A program made the translations under genes and the position numbers. Shown piece after piece: positions 11,620 to 21,700 of a DNA stretch of 64,000 nucleotides (its first letter is position 1; the number at the start of each line of letters is the position of its first letter). The notes beneath the pieces were generated by a model that ran no database searches, had not been told where the DNA came from, and saw nothing but the letters and a program-made list of their open reading frames with translations. The DNA is taken from positions 32,001 through 96,000 of the forward strand of contig JBEPVF010000002.1 of the NCBI GenBank assembly GCA_041691135.1. The letters are read 5' to 3'. The stretch comes from Candidatus Peribacteria bacterium. Lineage in GTDB: Bacteria; Patescibacteriota; Gracilibacteria; Peribacterales; Peribacteraceae.

Positions 11620-12240
11620 TCAGATGCCGAGCAACTGTCCCGGCTCGTCGACGATCACATCCGGCTTCTTGCGCTCAAGTGCCGAACGAGAATTGAGTCC
11701 CCAGGTGACGGCCACCGATACGATGCCGATCTTCTTGGCAGCGATCACATCGCGCAGTTCGTCGCCCATGTACAGCGTGGTCGCCGGCTCGAGACGGTGA
11801 AGACGCAACATACCTCGCAAGATGCGATGCTTGCCCAGCAGCCCATCGGCACTGCGGATGTCCTCGAAGATGAGCAGATCATGCCGATGCAAAAATGCTT
11901 CGACGTTCTCGAGTGAGTTCGATGTGAGAATCATGAGTCGATCCCCGCGACGGTGTAATTCCACCAGCACCTCGCGCATCGCCGGCACCACGCCGAGTGA
12001 ATCGATATTGGCATGCAGGAGAGATCGGCCCTTGACCAACAGGAACGGTAAACGTCGGAACGGAATGCCAAGATCGCGCATGATGCCGCGGGTCGTCTTG
12101 CCGCGTAATCGCTCCTCGTCACCCGGCTCAATCGGGCGACCGCCGAGCTGCGGCGCGAAACGGTTATACAGCGCGATAATCTCGGGGAGACTGTCGGCGA
12201 TCGTGCCGTCGAAGTCGAAAATAAAAGTACGACGTGGCAT
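11620..12240 (-). CDS. HAD-superfamily hydrolase (phosphoglycolate phosphatase-like)
   Basis: FDFDGTIAD, TSN, YMGDELRD, VTWG. Confidence 0.92.
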   Translation of the reverse strand: MPRRTFIFDFDGTIADSLPEIIALYNRFAPQLGGRPIEPGDEERLRGKTTRGIMRDLGIPFRRLPFLLVKGRSLLHANIDSLGVVPAMREVLVELHRRGDRLMILTSNSLENVEAFLHRHDLLIFEDIRSADGLLGKHRILRGMLRLHRLEPATTLYMGDELRDVIAAKKIGIVSVAVTWGLNSRSALERKKPDVIVDEPGQLLGI

Positions 12241-12263
12241 GGGTCGAGAGTAACAGAAAAAAA

Positions 12264-12389
12264 GGAAGTGACCGAGGTGGCAGAGGTGACAAAGGTGACC
12301 GACGATTGGAACGCAGAAGATGAAAGAGGAGTACTCCTCATAATCCCATCCTCTGCTTCCTCTGCCACCTCGGTCACCTCTGAATCTTC
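12264..12389. repeat. Gene-less 9-bp-unit inverted-repeat element with central palindrome GAGGAGTACTCCTC
   Basis: GAAGTGACC GAGGTGGCA GAGGTGACA AAGGTGACC ... CTCTGCCACCTCGGTCACCTC; palindrome at 12326-12339. Confidence 0.82.
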
Positions 12390-13515
12390 AGTGGTGATGC
12401 CCTCCAACCGCCACTACCGGCCTCGTCCCCTCTTTCGTCTTCAGAAGCAGTGCAGCGAACCAAGTGGAAATAGGAACAGCAAGGAGCAGCGTTGCGCTGC
12501 CGACGAGCGTGCGAATGACTTCTTCGGCGATCGCTTCGCCGTTGAGGATCACCCATAGCGGAGAATCGGTATCCGTACTGAACAGGAGCAGCAACGGCAA
12601 TGATGCGCCAACGTACGCCAGAGCGAGGGTATTGATCAGAGACGCAATATGTTCGCGACCCACCGACATACCCGACCGAAAGAGCGCATGCCGGGTGAGT
12701 GTCGGATTGGCCTTGCTGATTTCGTCAACCGACGCCGTCTGCGCCGTCGTCACATCGTCGAGCACACCCAGACAACCGATGATGATGCCACCGAGCAACA
12801 GACCGCGGAAGTTGAGATGGGAAAACTGGCCGAGCTGAAGATATAACGTCTGTTCACTGCCCATGCCGAACAGCCGTCCGAGCGAGACAAAGAGAAGCGC
12901 CACAACAATGGCCAGAACGAGCGTGAGTAACGTACTCAGTAACGCTACCGATGTGCGACGATTGAATCCGTGTGCCAGATACAGCGAGCTGGTGGCAATC
13001 AGACACGAGCCGACAATACTGACGAGCAGCGGACTGTAGCCGGCGATAATCAGCGGAATAATAAGCTTGGCCAATAGCAGGATGCTCACGACGAGACCCA
13101 GAATTGACGAGATACCACGCAATCCACCAAGCACGACCGTCAGACCAAGAAAGAGAAGCAAGGCCCAGCCCATTCCCGGCAACCGGTAGCGCTCTTTGGC
13201 CATGTATTCCACGCTGCCATCGGCGCGGGTGAGCGTATCGACAACGAGCATCTCTCCTTTTTTATACAGCAAATCTTCGCGGTCGCTGATGGCATCGTTT
13301 TCCACGCTGATCGACTTGCCGGCATCCGGCCCGCTCGTCAGGCGAATCGTGAGTTTCTGTACGATACTGGTTTCGCCATCTGCCTCCTGCTGTGTTTGGG
13401 TCGCATCAATCACCTGACCGGTTTGGAATTCTTCCTTTGTCGTCTGCGCCCCAACTGAAAGAGGTATCAGCAGAACAGTGCCCAGCAAAACAGATCCAAC
13501 GATGAATCGACGCAT
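12388..13515 (-). CDS. YibE/F family membrane protein
   Basis: GIIIGCLGVLDDVT, NTLALAYVGASLPLLL, EEVIRTLVGS; start at MRRFIV. Confidence 0.92.
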   Translation of the reverse strand: MRRFIVGSVLLGTVLLIPLSVGAQTTKEEFQTGQVIDATQTQQEADGETSIVQKLTIRLTSGPDAGKSISVENDAISDREDLLYKKGEMLVVDTLTRADGSVEYMAKERYRLPGMGWALLLFLGLTVVLGGLRGISSILGLVVSILLLAKLIIPLIIAGYSPLLVSIVGSCLIATSSLYLAHGFNRRTSVALLSTLLTLVLAIVVALLFVSLGRLFGMGSEQTLYLQLGQFSHLNFRGLLLGGIIIGCLGVLDDVTTAQTASVDEISKANPTLTRHALFRSGMSVGREHIASLINTLALAYVGASLPLLLLFSTDTDSPLWVILNGEAIAEEVIRTLVGSATLLLAVPISTWFAALLLKTKEGTRPVVAVGGHHH

Positions 13516-13684
13516 GAAAGCATCATACTCTCCCTTGATCCTGGCACCACATTTCTTGTGCGTTCTGCGAGGTATCAAAACTGCATTTTTGGTGTAAAAG
13601 GAAAAAGGGAGCCTGTCGTTGTTCCTTATTCTTTTTCTCGCCAACTCAGTCGCATCAATCGCTCCGGCATCGTATGATCCAAGT

Positions 13685-15868
13685 ATGTCCGTCGACACAC
13701 TGGAACTCTCCGGCCTGCTGCACACCCATTTCGGGTACGGGGAATTTCGTCCGCTGCAGGAAGACATTATTCAGCATGTGCTGAGCGGCCACGACAGCCT
13801 GGTGCTGATGCCGACCGGCGGCGGTAAATCGCTGTGCTATCAGCTTCCCGCACTGTGCCTGGATGGCCTCACGCTTGTCGTATCACCGCTTATTTCGCTG
13901 ATGAAGGACCAAGTCGACAGCTTGCGCGCCAACGGGATCGCGGCGGCGTTTCTCAATAGTTCGCTCACCATGATTGAGCAGGCGCATATTCAACAAGAGG
14001 CGGCAAACGGTCAGATTAAGATCCTGTACATCGCACCGGAACGACTGGCGGTGCCGGCATTCCAATCTTTCCTGCAAGACGTGACAGTGAGTCTGATCGC
14101 CATCGACGAAGCGCACTGTATTTCGCAATGGGGACATGATTTTCGTCCCGATTACCGGTTGCTCTCGGGTCTGCGAGCGCACTTCGCCGGCGTGCCCATC
14201 ATCGCCCTTACAGCCACGGCCACCGATCGCGTGCGCACGGATATTTGTGAGCAGCTGAGATTGCAAGCGCCCAAGGTTTTCCTGTCGAGTTTCAACCGGC
14301 CGAACCTCACATACCACGTGGCACCGAAGAAAAATTCGTTCGACACATTGCTCACGCTGCTGCGCAAGCACCCGGATGCATCGGCCATCGTGTACTGCTT
14401 TTCGCGCAAGGACACCGAGTCGCTGGCCGCCGATCTGGTGGCCGAAGGATTCAAGGCCTCGCCCTATCATGCCGGACTCAATGCCGACGTACGCCGTGAG
14501 ACACAGGAGAAGTTCATCCGCGACGAAGTCCCGATCATCACCGCCACCATCGCCTTCGGCATGGGTATCGACAAGCCGGACGTGCGTCTGGTGGTGCACA
14601 TGGACATGCCGGCCACGGTGGAAGGCTATTACCAAGAAACGGGACGCGCCGGCCGCGACGGACTGCCCAGCGATTGCGTCCTCTTGTATTCGGCATGGGA
14701 TCGCAAGAAACACGAATTCTTTATCGGAAGAATCACCGACGACGCAGAACGGGCAAATGCGACCCAGAAGCTCGATCGCATCATGGCCTACTGTGATCAT
14801 CGCCGCTGTCGCCGGCAATTCCTACTGACCTATTTTGATGAGGAATGGACAGATGACAATTGCGAAAGTTGCGATCGTTGTCTGGAAAAAACCGAAGCGT
14901 TCGACGCCACCGAAGTGACGCAGAAAATTCTGTCGGGCGTCCTCAAAACCGGCGGGCGCTTCGGCGCGCAGTACGTGTGTTCCGTCCTGCTCGGCCGCAA
15001 TGAGAAGGCGGTGCGCGAGCGCGGCCACGATCAACTGTCCGTCTTCGGCATCGTGCGCGATTTTTCCGACGCGCAGCTCAAGTTGCTCATGGGATCGCTG
15101 ATTGAACAAGGATTGCTGATGCGCACCGAAGGACAGTATCCCGTCCTACAGGTGACTGAATACGGCATGCAATGGATGCAGGAAGGCAAAGCGATTCAAT
15201 TGGCCCGACCAACGACGAACACCGCATTTTCCAAAACGGATGACCGGCAGATTGTATCGTTCGATCAGGGCTTATTCGGTGAGCTGCGCGCGTTGCGCAA
15301 ATCGCTGGCCGACGAGCGGGGCGTACCGCCGTTCATCATCTTCGGCGATCGTACGTTGCAGGAAATGGCGACGTACATTCCACAGTCACGCGAGAGCATG
15401 GCGCGCATCAGCGGCGTGGGAGACAAGAAGCTGCAGGAATTCGGTACGTTGTTCGCGAATGTAATCAGGCAGTACGCAGCGGATCATCAGCTGTCGGAAA
15501 AACCGATGCCCGCCGGCCTGGTACGGCAGGAACGGCGGCGCGAACGTACGGTAGGCCAGAAAGGCTCCACTTACGACGAGACGAAAAAACTTCTGCAGCA
15601 GAAGGTGCCGCTGGCCGAGATCATGCGGCAACGACAGCTCAGTGAAGGAACGATCGTGCAGCATATCGAACGCCTGGTGCAAGCCGACGAAGAACTTGAT
15701 ATTCACTATCTTCGCCCATCCGACGACGACTACCGCACCATCGTCGATGCATTTCACCTGAAAGGAAGCGGCATTTTGTCGCCCGTATTCTCGCATTTCA
15801 ACGGCCGCTACTCCTACGACATGCTGCGTCTGGTTCGCGCACTCCTGGTATCAGATACCTCAGCATGA
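13685..15868 (+). CDS. recQ: DNA helicase RecQ (RQC, HRDC and C-terminal HTH domains)
   Basis: MPTGGGKSLCYQ, DEAHCISQWGHDFRP, QETGRAGRDG, CRR Zn motif, HRDC. Confidence 0.97.
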   Translation: MSVDTLELSGLLHTHFGYGEFRPLQEDIIQHVLSGHDSLVLMPTGGGKSLCYQLPALCLDGLTLVVSPLISLMKDQVDSLRANGIAAAFLNSSLTMIEQAHIQQEAANGQIKILYIAPERLAVPAFQSFLQDVTVSLIAIDEAHCISQWGHDFRPDYRLLSGLRAHFAGVPIIALTATATDRVRTDICEQLRLQAPKVFLSSFNRPNLTYHVAPKKNSFDTLLTLLRKHPDASAIVYCFSRKDTESLAADLVAEGFKASPYHAGLNADVRRETQEKFIRDEVPIITATIAFGMGIDKPDVRLVVHMDMPATVEGYYQETGRAGRDGLPSDCVLLYSAWDRKKHEFFIGRITDDAERANATQKLDRIMAYCDHRRCRRQFLLTYFDEEWTDDNCESCDRCLEKTEAFDATEVTQKILSGVLKTGGRFGAQYVCSVLLGRNEKAVRERGHDQLSVFGIVRDFSDAQLKLLMGSLIEQGLLMRTEGQYPVLQVTEYGMQWMQEGKAIQLARPTTNTAFSKTDDRQIVSFDQGLFGELRALRKSLADERGVPPFIIFGDRTLQEMATYIPQSRESMARISGVGDKKLQEFGTLFANVIRQYAADHQLSEKPMPAGLVRQERRRERTVGQKGSTYDETKKLLQQKVPLAEIMRQRQLSEGTIVQHIERLVQADEELDIHYLRPSDDDYRTIVDAFHLKGSGILSPVFSHFNGRYSYDMLRLVRALLVSDTSA

Positions 15869-15869
15869 A

Positions 15870-15959
15870 TTAACCGGCCAGAAACATGAAGAGTGCGGCA
15901 ATGACCGCAAAGATGCCGAATGGCCCGCTGAACGAAGTTCGATGTCGATACACGTACAT
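15870..15959 (-). CDS. Possible 29-aa hydrophobic small protein
   Basis: MYVYRHRTSFSGPFGIFAVIAALFMFLAG, preceded by the CU-rich leader seen on other genes here. Confidence 0.3.
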   Translation of the reverse strand: MYVYRHRTSFSGPFGIFAVIAALFMFLAG

Positions 15960-16041
15960 ACAAAAGGAGAAGGGATACCTCCTATAACGAACAACCTCAC
16001 TCTGGCTTACGGATTGGAGATGACAATGTTTTAGAAACGAT

Positions 16042-16791
16042 CTACAACTCGATTTTCGAGAACAGGTAACTGCCGAGCGCCAGGAATAAAATCGTGAGCA
16101 CGACAAGGATGCCGCCATCGATGAATATGCCGAAATGACTCTGCCCGAGCAACGCAGCCCGGAGTCCGTCGATGCCGTAACTGAGCGGATCGAGTTTGGC
16201 GATAAACAACAACGTGGGCGGAGCCGTATCCAGCGGGAACAGTGCGCCGGACAAGAAGAATAACGGCATGACGACGAAGTTCATGATCAGCTGGAAGCCC
16301 TGCATGTCCTGCAATTTCGAGGCGATTGCCGTACCGAGCGCCGTGAAGAGCAGCGAGATTAGGAACATAAAAATGATCGCTACTGGCACCATCGCCCAAT
16401 TCTCTGGACGAAATCCGGCGATGAGCGCGATGAGGAACACGATGCCTCCCTGCAGAACCGCAACCGTCGCGCCGCCCAGCGTCCGGCCCAGCATGATGTT
16501 CCAGCGGGAAATGGGAGCGACCAGCATTTCCTTGAGGAAACCGAACTGGCGGTCCCAGATGATTTCGATGCCCGAGAAAATCGCCGTAAACAGAATTGAC
16601 ATCGAGATGATGCCCGGTGCCAGGAACTGCAGGTAGTTACCGCCACCCGCCCGCTCGTAAATGGGTCCCATGCCGAAACCAAGCGCGAACAAGAACAACA
16701 GCGGCTGGCCAAGAGAGCCGACAATTCGCGCACGCGACCGGCCATAGCGCTTGAGTTGCCGGAGCCACAAAATGTAGAGAGTATTCAGCAT
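16042..16791 (-). CDS. ABC-2 type exporter permease
   Basis: WDRQFGFLKEMLVAP, PLFFLSGALFP, DPLSYGID. Confidence 0.93.
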   Translation of the reverse strand: MLNTLYILWLRQLKRYGRSRARIVGSLGQPLLFLFALGFGMGPIYERAGGGNYLQFLAPGIISMSILFTAIFSGIEIIWDRQFGFLKEMLVAPISRWNIMLGRTLGGATVAVLQGGIVFLIALIAGFRPENWAMVPVAIIFMFLISLLFTALGTAIASKLQDMQGFQLIMNFVVMPLFFLSGALFPLDTAPPTLLFIAKLDPLSYGIDGLRAALLGQSHFGIFIDGGILVVLTILFLALGSYLFSKIEL

Positions 16792-16797
16792 AGAGAA

Positions 16798-17610
16798 TCA
16801 GGAGCGGCGTCCCCACATGCGGCTCATCGTCCGCATATGATCGGTGGCGCTGACTTCTTCGGGACGAATGGCTTTGCCGGTAAGGGTGAGGAATGCGTCT
16901 TCGAGTGACTGCGCATTCGTTTCTTGTTTAAGCGATGCGGGCGTTCCTTGAGCGATGATCTGTCCGTGATCAATGATGGCAACCCGATCGGCAACGCGAT
17001 CCGCTTCTTCCATATAGTGCGTGGTGAAGAAGACGGTAATCCCCTCTTCTTTATTCAGTTTTTTGATGTAGTCCCAAATGTGATTGCGCGTCTGCGGATC
17101 GAGACCGATGGTCGGCTCATCGAGGAAAAAGATTTTCGGATGGTGCAGCAAACCGCGCGCGATCTCGAGTCGGCGCTTCATACCGCCCGAAAATTGCTTC
17201 ACCAGATCGTCGCGTCGGTCATCGAGTTCCACGAACTTGAGCATTTCATCGATGCGCTTGCGCCGCGTGGCCTTGTCGACGCCGTACAAAACGCCATGGA
17301 ATTCCAAATTCTCCCACGCCGTCAGTTCGTCATCGGAACTGGGATCCTGAAACACGATGCCGAACGAACGCCGGGCGCCGGCTTGATCATGCACCGGATC
17401 ATGGCCGTCGAGTTGCATCGTTCCACTGGACGGATGCAACAGCGTCGTGAGCATTTTGATCGTCGTCGTTTTGCCGGCGCCATTGGGCCCCAGAAACGCG
17501 AAGATTTCACCACGCTGCACCGAAAATGACACATCATTCACGGCGGTCAGTTTTCCAAACTGGCGTACCAGATGGTCGACATGGATGATGGGATCAGAAG
17601 CAGCGGACAC
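16798..17610 (-). CDS. ABC exporter ATP-binding protein (DrrA-like)
   Basis: GPNGAGKT, FSGGMKRR, FLDEPT; probable GTG start at 17610. Confidence 0.93.
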   Translation of the reverse strand: MSAASDPIIHVDHLVRQFGKLTAVNDVSFSVQRGEIFAFLGPNGAGKTTTIKMLTTLLHPSSGTMQLDGHDPVHDQAGARRSFGIVFQDPSSDDELTAWENLEFHGVLYGVDKATRRKRIDEMLKFVELDDRRDDLVKQFSGGMKRRLEIARGLLHHPKIFFLDEPTIGLDPQTRNHIWDYIKKLNKEEGITVFFTTHYMEEADRVADRVAIIDHGQIIAQGTPASLKQETNAQSLEDAFLTLTGKAIRPEEVSATDHMRTMSRMWGRRS

Positions 17611-17713
17611 GAAGAGAGTGTAAAACAGAAACATGGCATGCCGCCATGGAAAGTACTGGATAATTCCTCTAGTCTTTCGACTGCACAGTTTACTCTCTTT
17701 TCCTTCTCTACTT

Positions 17714-18211
17714 ATGAAGCACACTCCCCTGATCATCTCGTTGAGTATGTCGCTCCTACTCCTGACTGCCTGTGGCTCATCGAACACCAATGTCACCCCT
17801 GCAACATCGGACACAGCCGCAAACCCGCCTCTGACCAATACGGCAAATCCTCCGCCGACCAACAACGCACCCCTCACGCCCGGCGCAACAGTGAACGCCT
17901 TTTACGCCGCATGGCTGACATATTCCGGTAACCCACTCACGGACCACATCTACAGTGTAAGTCCGTACATTACCGCATCGCTTAGACAATCACTGGATGC
18001 CCAAGCGCAATCACCATCAGGCCTTGATCCAGTCCTCTGCGCGCAGACCAAACCATCCGCGTTGACCACCTCGCTCGTCTCCGGAACGGACGGCGGCCTC
18101 GATAGCATAGACGTCACCGAAATTTTCGGCGCCTCCACCACCGTCGTACGAGTCGGCGGAGCATTGGAAGGCGACGTGTGGAAGATCAATACGATTGAGT
18201 GCGCGAAGTAA
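17714..18211 (+). CDS. Lipoprotein, hypothetical
   Basis: Lipobox LTAC after a hydrophobic stretch; T/P/N-rich linker; DPVLCAQ...WKI..IEC domain. Confidence 0.75.
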   Translation: MKHTPLIISLSMSLLLLTACGSSNTNVTPATSDTAANPPLTNTANPPPTNNAPLTPGATVNAFYAAWLTYSGNPLTDHIYSVSPYITASLRQSLDAQAQSPSGLDPVLCAQTKPSALTTSLVSGTDGGLDSIDVTEIFGASTTVVRVGGALEGDVWKINTIECAK

Positions 18212-18332
18212 GATTCTGTTTCGTATTTTCGCATCAAATAGATCTAAATTTGAGCTGCGTTGTAGCAGGTTTTGTCGGTGGAACTGATGAGGACTTTGCA
18301 GTGGGGGCATTTCATAATAGAAATAGAAAAAA

Positions 18333-18722
18333 TTACTTAAGAGGTAATTCGGGGAAAACTTTAAGTAAATCTGCCACGTACTTTTGAAGTTCTTCATCAC
18401 CTATATAACCAAATTCACCACCTCTATTGAGTTCGTTTGATTCATACATGGACAACCATGAAATAAATGCATCACATTCATTTGCAGATTTAGGTGAAAG
18501 AGCAAGATAATCTAAAGAAAGAGAATCGGTATTTACGAAAATATCTCTCTTTATTTTTTTTAAATCTGTCCCAGTAATTTTACCATCGATATGTTGTTTC
18601 AGTTGATCCTTAAATAATTGAAGATCGCTAGTTAATTTTTTTTCGAAATAAATTTTTTGTTCATTAAGGAGACTTCCCTCAAGATATTTTTTTAGCGCCA
18701 AATCATCATAATTATTAATCAT
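18333..18722 (-). CDS. Putative immunity protein
   Basis: Very AT-rich 129-aa ORF with ATGA overlap on the stop of the toxin-like gene. Confidence 0.65.
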   Translation of the reverse strand: MINNYDDLALKKYLEGSLLNEQKIYFEKKLTSDLQLFKDQLKQHIDGKITGTDLKKIKRDIFVNTDSLSLDYLALSPKSANECDAFISWLSMYESNELNRGGEFGYIGDEELQKYVADLLKVFPELPLK

Positions 18723-21700
18723 GATTGTTTTTTGAAAACAGTTACTGTGATAATTCTACCAGTATATCCATCTACAACTACTCTTAAATTTTTGACAGTA
18801 GAAGTCCCATTTTTTCTATAAAACGAAAAATTTGAAATCTCAAATCTATATCTCAACTCATCTGTGGTAGTATCTATAGACTTTACTCCATTTTTCAAGA
18901 CATCTTCCACAAAAGATGGATAAACACCATCGTCTTTCATTGAAAGAATCGCATGTTTTGAATATTGGTAATTACCTATTGTCACTTCATTTGTTGAATA
19001 GTTTGTAATTTTTTTAGCAATGGTTGAACGAACATCCTCGATAGTATCAACTTCCACAGCTAGGCTTTCTACCGCACCTTTACCCGCTTTAGGAACCGTA
19101 GACATTTCATCTTTAATCAGTACTTCTGCCGCATCTTTCCCTCCTGTTTTTAAAGCCGCAGCAATCTTAGTAATAAAAGGAATGGCAGAAGCTTCACCTT
19201 TTGTAAGAACAACAGCCAAAGTTTTAACAACTATCGGACTCAAAACTTCCGCAGTTGCAACACTTATAAGAAGTTGACTTGTATTTTCAGGTGTCATTAG
19301 TTTCACACCAGCTACAAAACTCTGCATGCTCGAATAGAGTGCAAACTCCGCAAAATGAGCTGTACGCTCTACTGCTGAAAGTTTGTCGTTATTCACTGCC
19401 TGCCTCTCTTTGTCCATTCTAGTTTGCAGGAATGTAATCATATTATTTAATGTTTTGTTCACTGGATCAAAAATATCGGTCTGCCAACTGTTTGGCATAG
19501 TGACAATTACATCAATCAAACGTTTACCAACTTCATACGGCAGGCTTGAAATGCCCAAAGTTGATGACAACTGGATGGCTGCTTGAACTCCAATAATGGC
19601 GGACGTTGGACTCGATTCAGCACATTTATTCAGTAGGTCTTGCTGCGACTTATATTGATTTACTGCGTTAGTATAACCCAAAGGAGCTGCTTGATTATCT
19701 TCTAAGCTATATGTCTTTCCCGCATTCATAACAATCTTGAGATCCAACGATTTCTCGGGCCCTCCAATATTCAGCCCACTTCCCGCTACGGCCGCACGGC
19801 TATTGATGCCCTGTTTCGCCAACATCGATCGTAGATCGAGTGACGCATATTGCGGATCAAAATCTTGTTGTCCCGCCATCGGATACACCACATTCATATG
19901 CATTTCAGCAGTCATTGTCCCACCGACTTTTCCGACTTGGCCGACTGAATCGCCAGCAGCTATCTGGCGTCCCAAAATATCTGGATTGATCGATTGAAGA
20001 TGAACGAACTCCACAAAGAATACGATTGTGTCTTTCGAAACTGGATCTGGAATTTCGTGTCGCATAACCACCCTACCTTCGGCTTCATCAATATCGACGA
20101 CGATGCCGTCGAGCATGGCACGCACTGTCTTGCCTTTGTCGACATTGAGCCCGCCTTGCAGATTTATATCAACCGCATTGCTCTCAATTCCCACATGCCC
20201 TGGCGATCCCTCTTGAATGAACCATGTGCCATCAGCTTTATCCACTGGCAAATGACCCTGAAGTGCAGCCACGATAAGCGCCTGAATCCGTCCATTTTCG
20301 CTCGCCACTTGCTCGATTGAATCCGGTCCTGTTTCGGCCTTTACCAATGAAGCCACCAACTTTGGCGTCTCCACCACTGTCTCCAGCGGCAGGTTCATCA
20401 GTCGCGCATACAGGGCGCGTTGCTTCTCCTGCGTATCGGCCATCACCAGATCCAAGGCGAGTTGGCGCAATTCGGCGTTATCGGTGTAGCGGCCGATCTT
20501 GTCGTACAGGCGTGCTGTATTGATCTGTTGCTCGCGTGTGACGGGCGTCACTATATCTTTCATCACCAAGTTGCCATCTTTATCCACCACGCGGAGCTGC
20601 TTTGGCTGCGGCTGTGTAGTGCGACTTGTGTAGAGGAACGGCTGACCGGATGCCGGGACCACTTCGATGCTCACGCTGTCGCCAATCTGGCCGATGGTCA
20701 CAATTGCCCTGAGCGCTTGTTTTTGCATGCCACTCATCACGCCAGTGAATGTCTTTTGAACCGGATCGCTGGCCGTACCTGTGGGTCCGACGTGGACGCG
20801 CACCATCACGGACGTACCTTGCAGGCCGTCGTTTTTGATCGAGAACAACGCACCGAGTGTGGTACCGGCAACCGCGGCGACCGGACGCGTGCTCACCATT
20901 GCGGGCACATCCGTCCAGCCTTCCTGACCACCCGACGAAGCGATCTGCCACTGCAGAAAATCGGCCGATAATTTGGATGCGTCTGACGGCATCACATCGG
21001 CTTCGCTGGGGCCTTGGGCAGTGAACGTTGGCATCTCGATCGGCGCTTTGCCGTTCATGCCCACTACCAAGTGCCGCGGCGCGCCCGGGAAAATGACAAC
21101 AGTCTGCGCTGTGAGCTGGCGATACCATTCTTTCGGCAACGGCTGCAAATCGCCGCTCATCGTATTTTGATTCACGTAATACAGCTGATTGATGTTGACT
21201 GATCCGCTGCCGCGCATGTTCACCCGCAACAGCTGGTACTGCGACGGATCCGGATTTTCGACGCCTTCAAGCAAACTGCCGTTGACCCACACATCTTGTC
21301 CGCCTGTACGATACAGCACGCCTTTTTTACGACCGGATTCGATGTAGTTGTAGTCGCCTTGTTCCCACTGTGGAGCACTGACAATGCCTACATCGCGGCT
21401 TGTTTCGGGACTCAGCACCGCAAAAGGTGCTGCGATTTGCGTGCCGTTGCTTTCGAGCGACAGACCGCCGACAAACAGCGCCCCTGATTTCTGACTGTGT
21501 GTGAACACAACTCCCGACAGACCCGCCGGCTGCTTCAGATCGAACACGCCACTCGACGGAATCGCGACCGATGATATTTCTTTGCCACCGCAATACACAT
21601 GCGCGGTGATGACATCGCCGGCACGGTCCGATGCGATGCGGCCCTGCACACGCGTGACGAGCGTTTGCGTAGTGGCAAAATCCAACGTGGCCGCCGATCC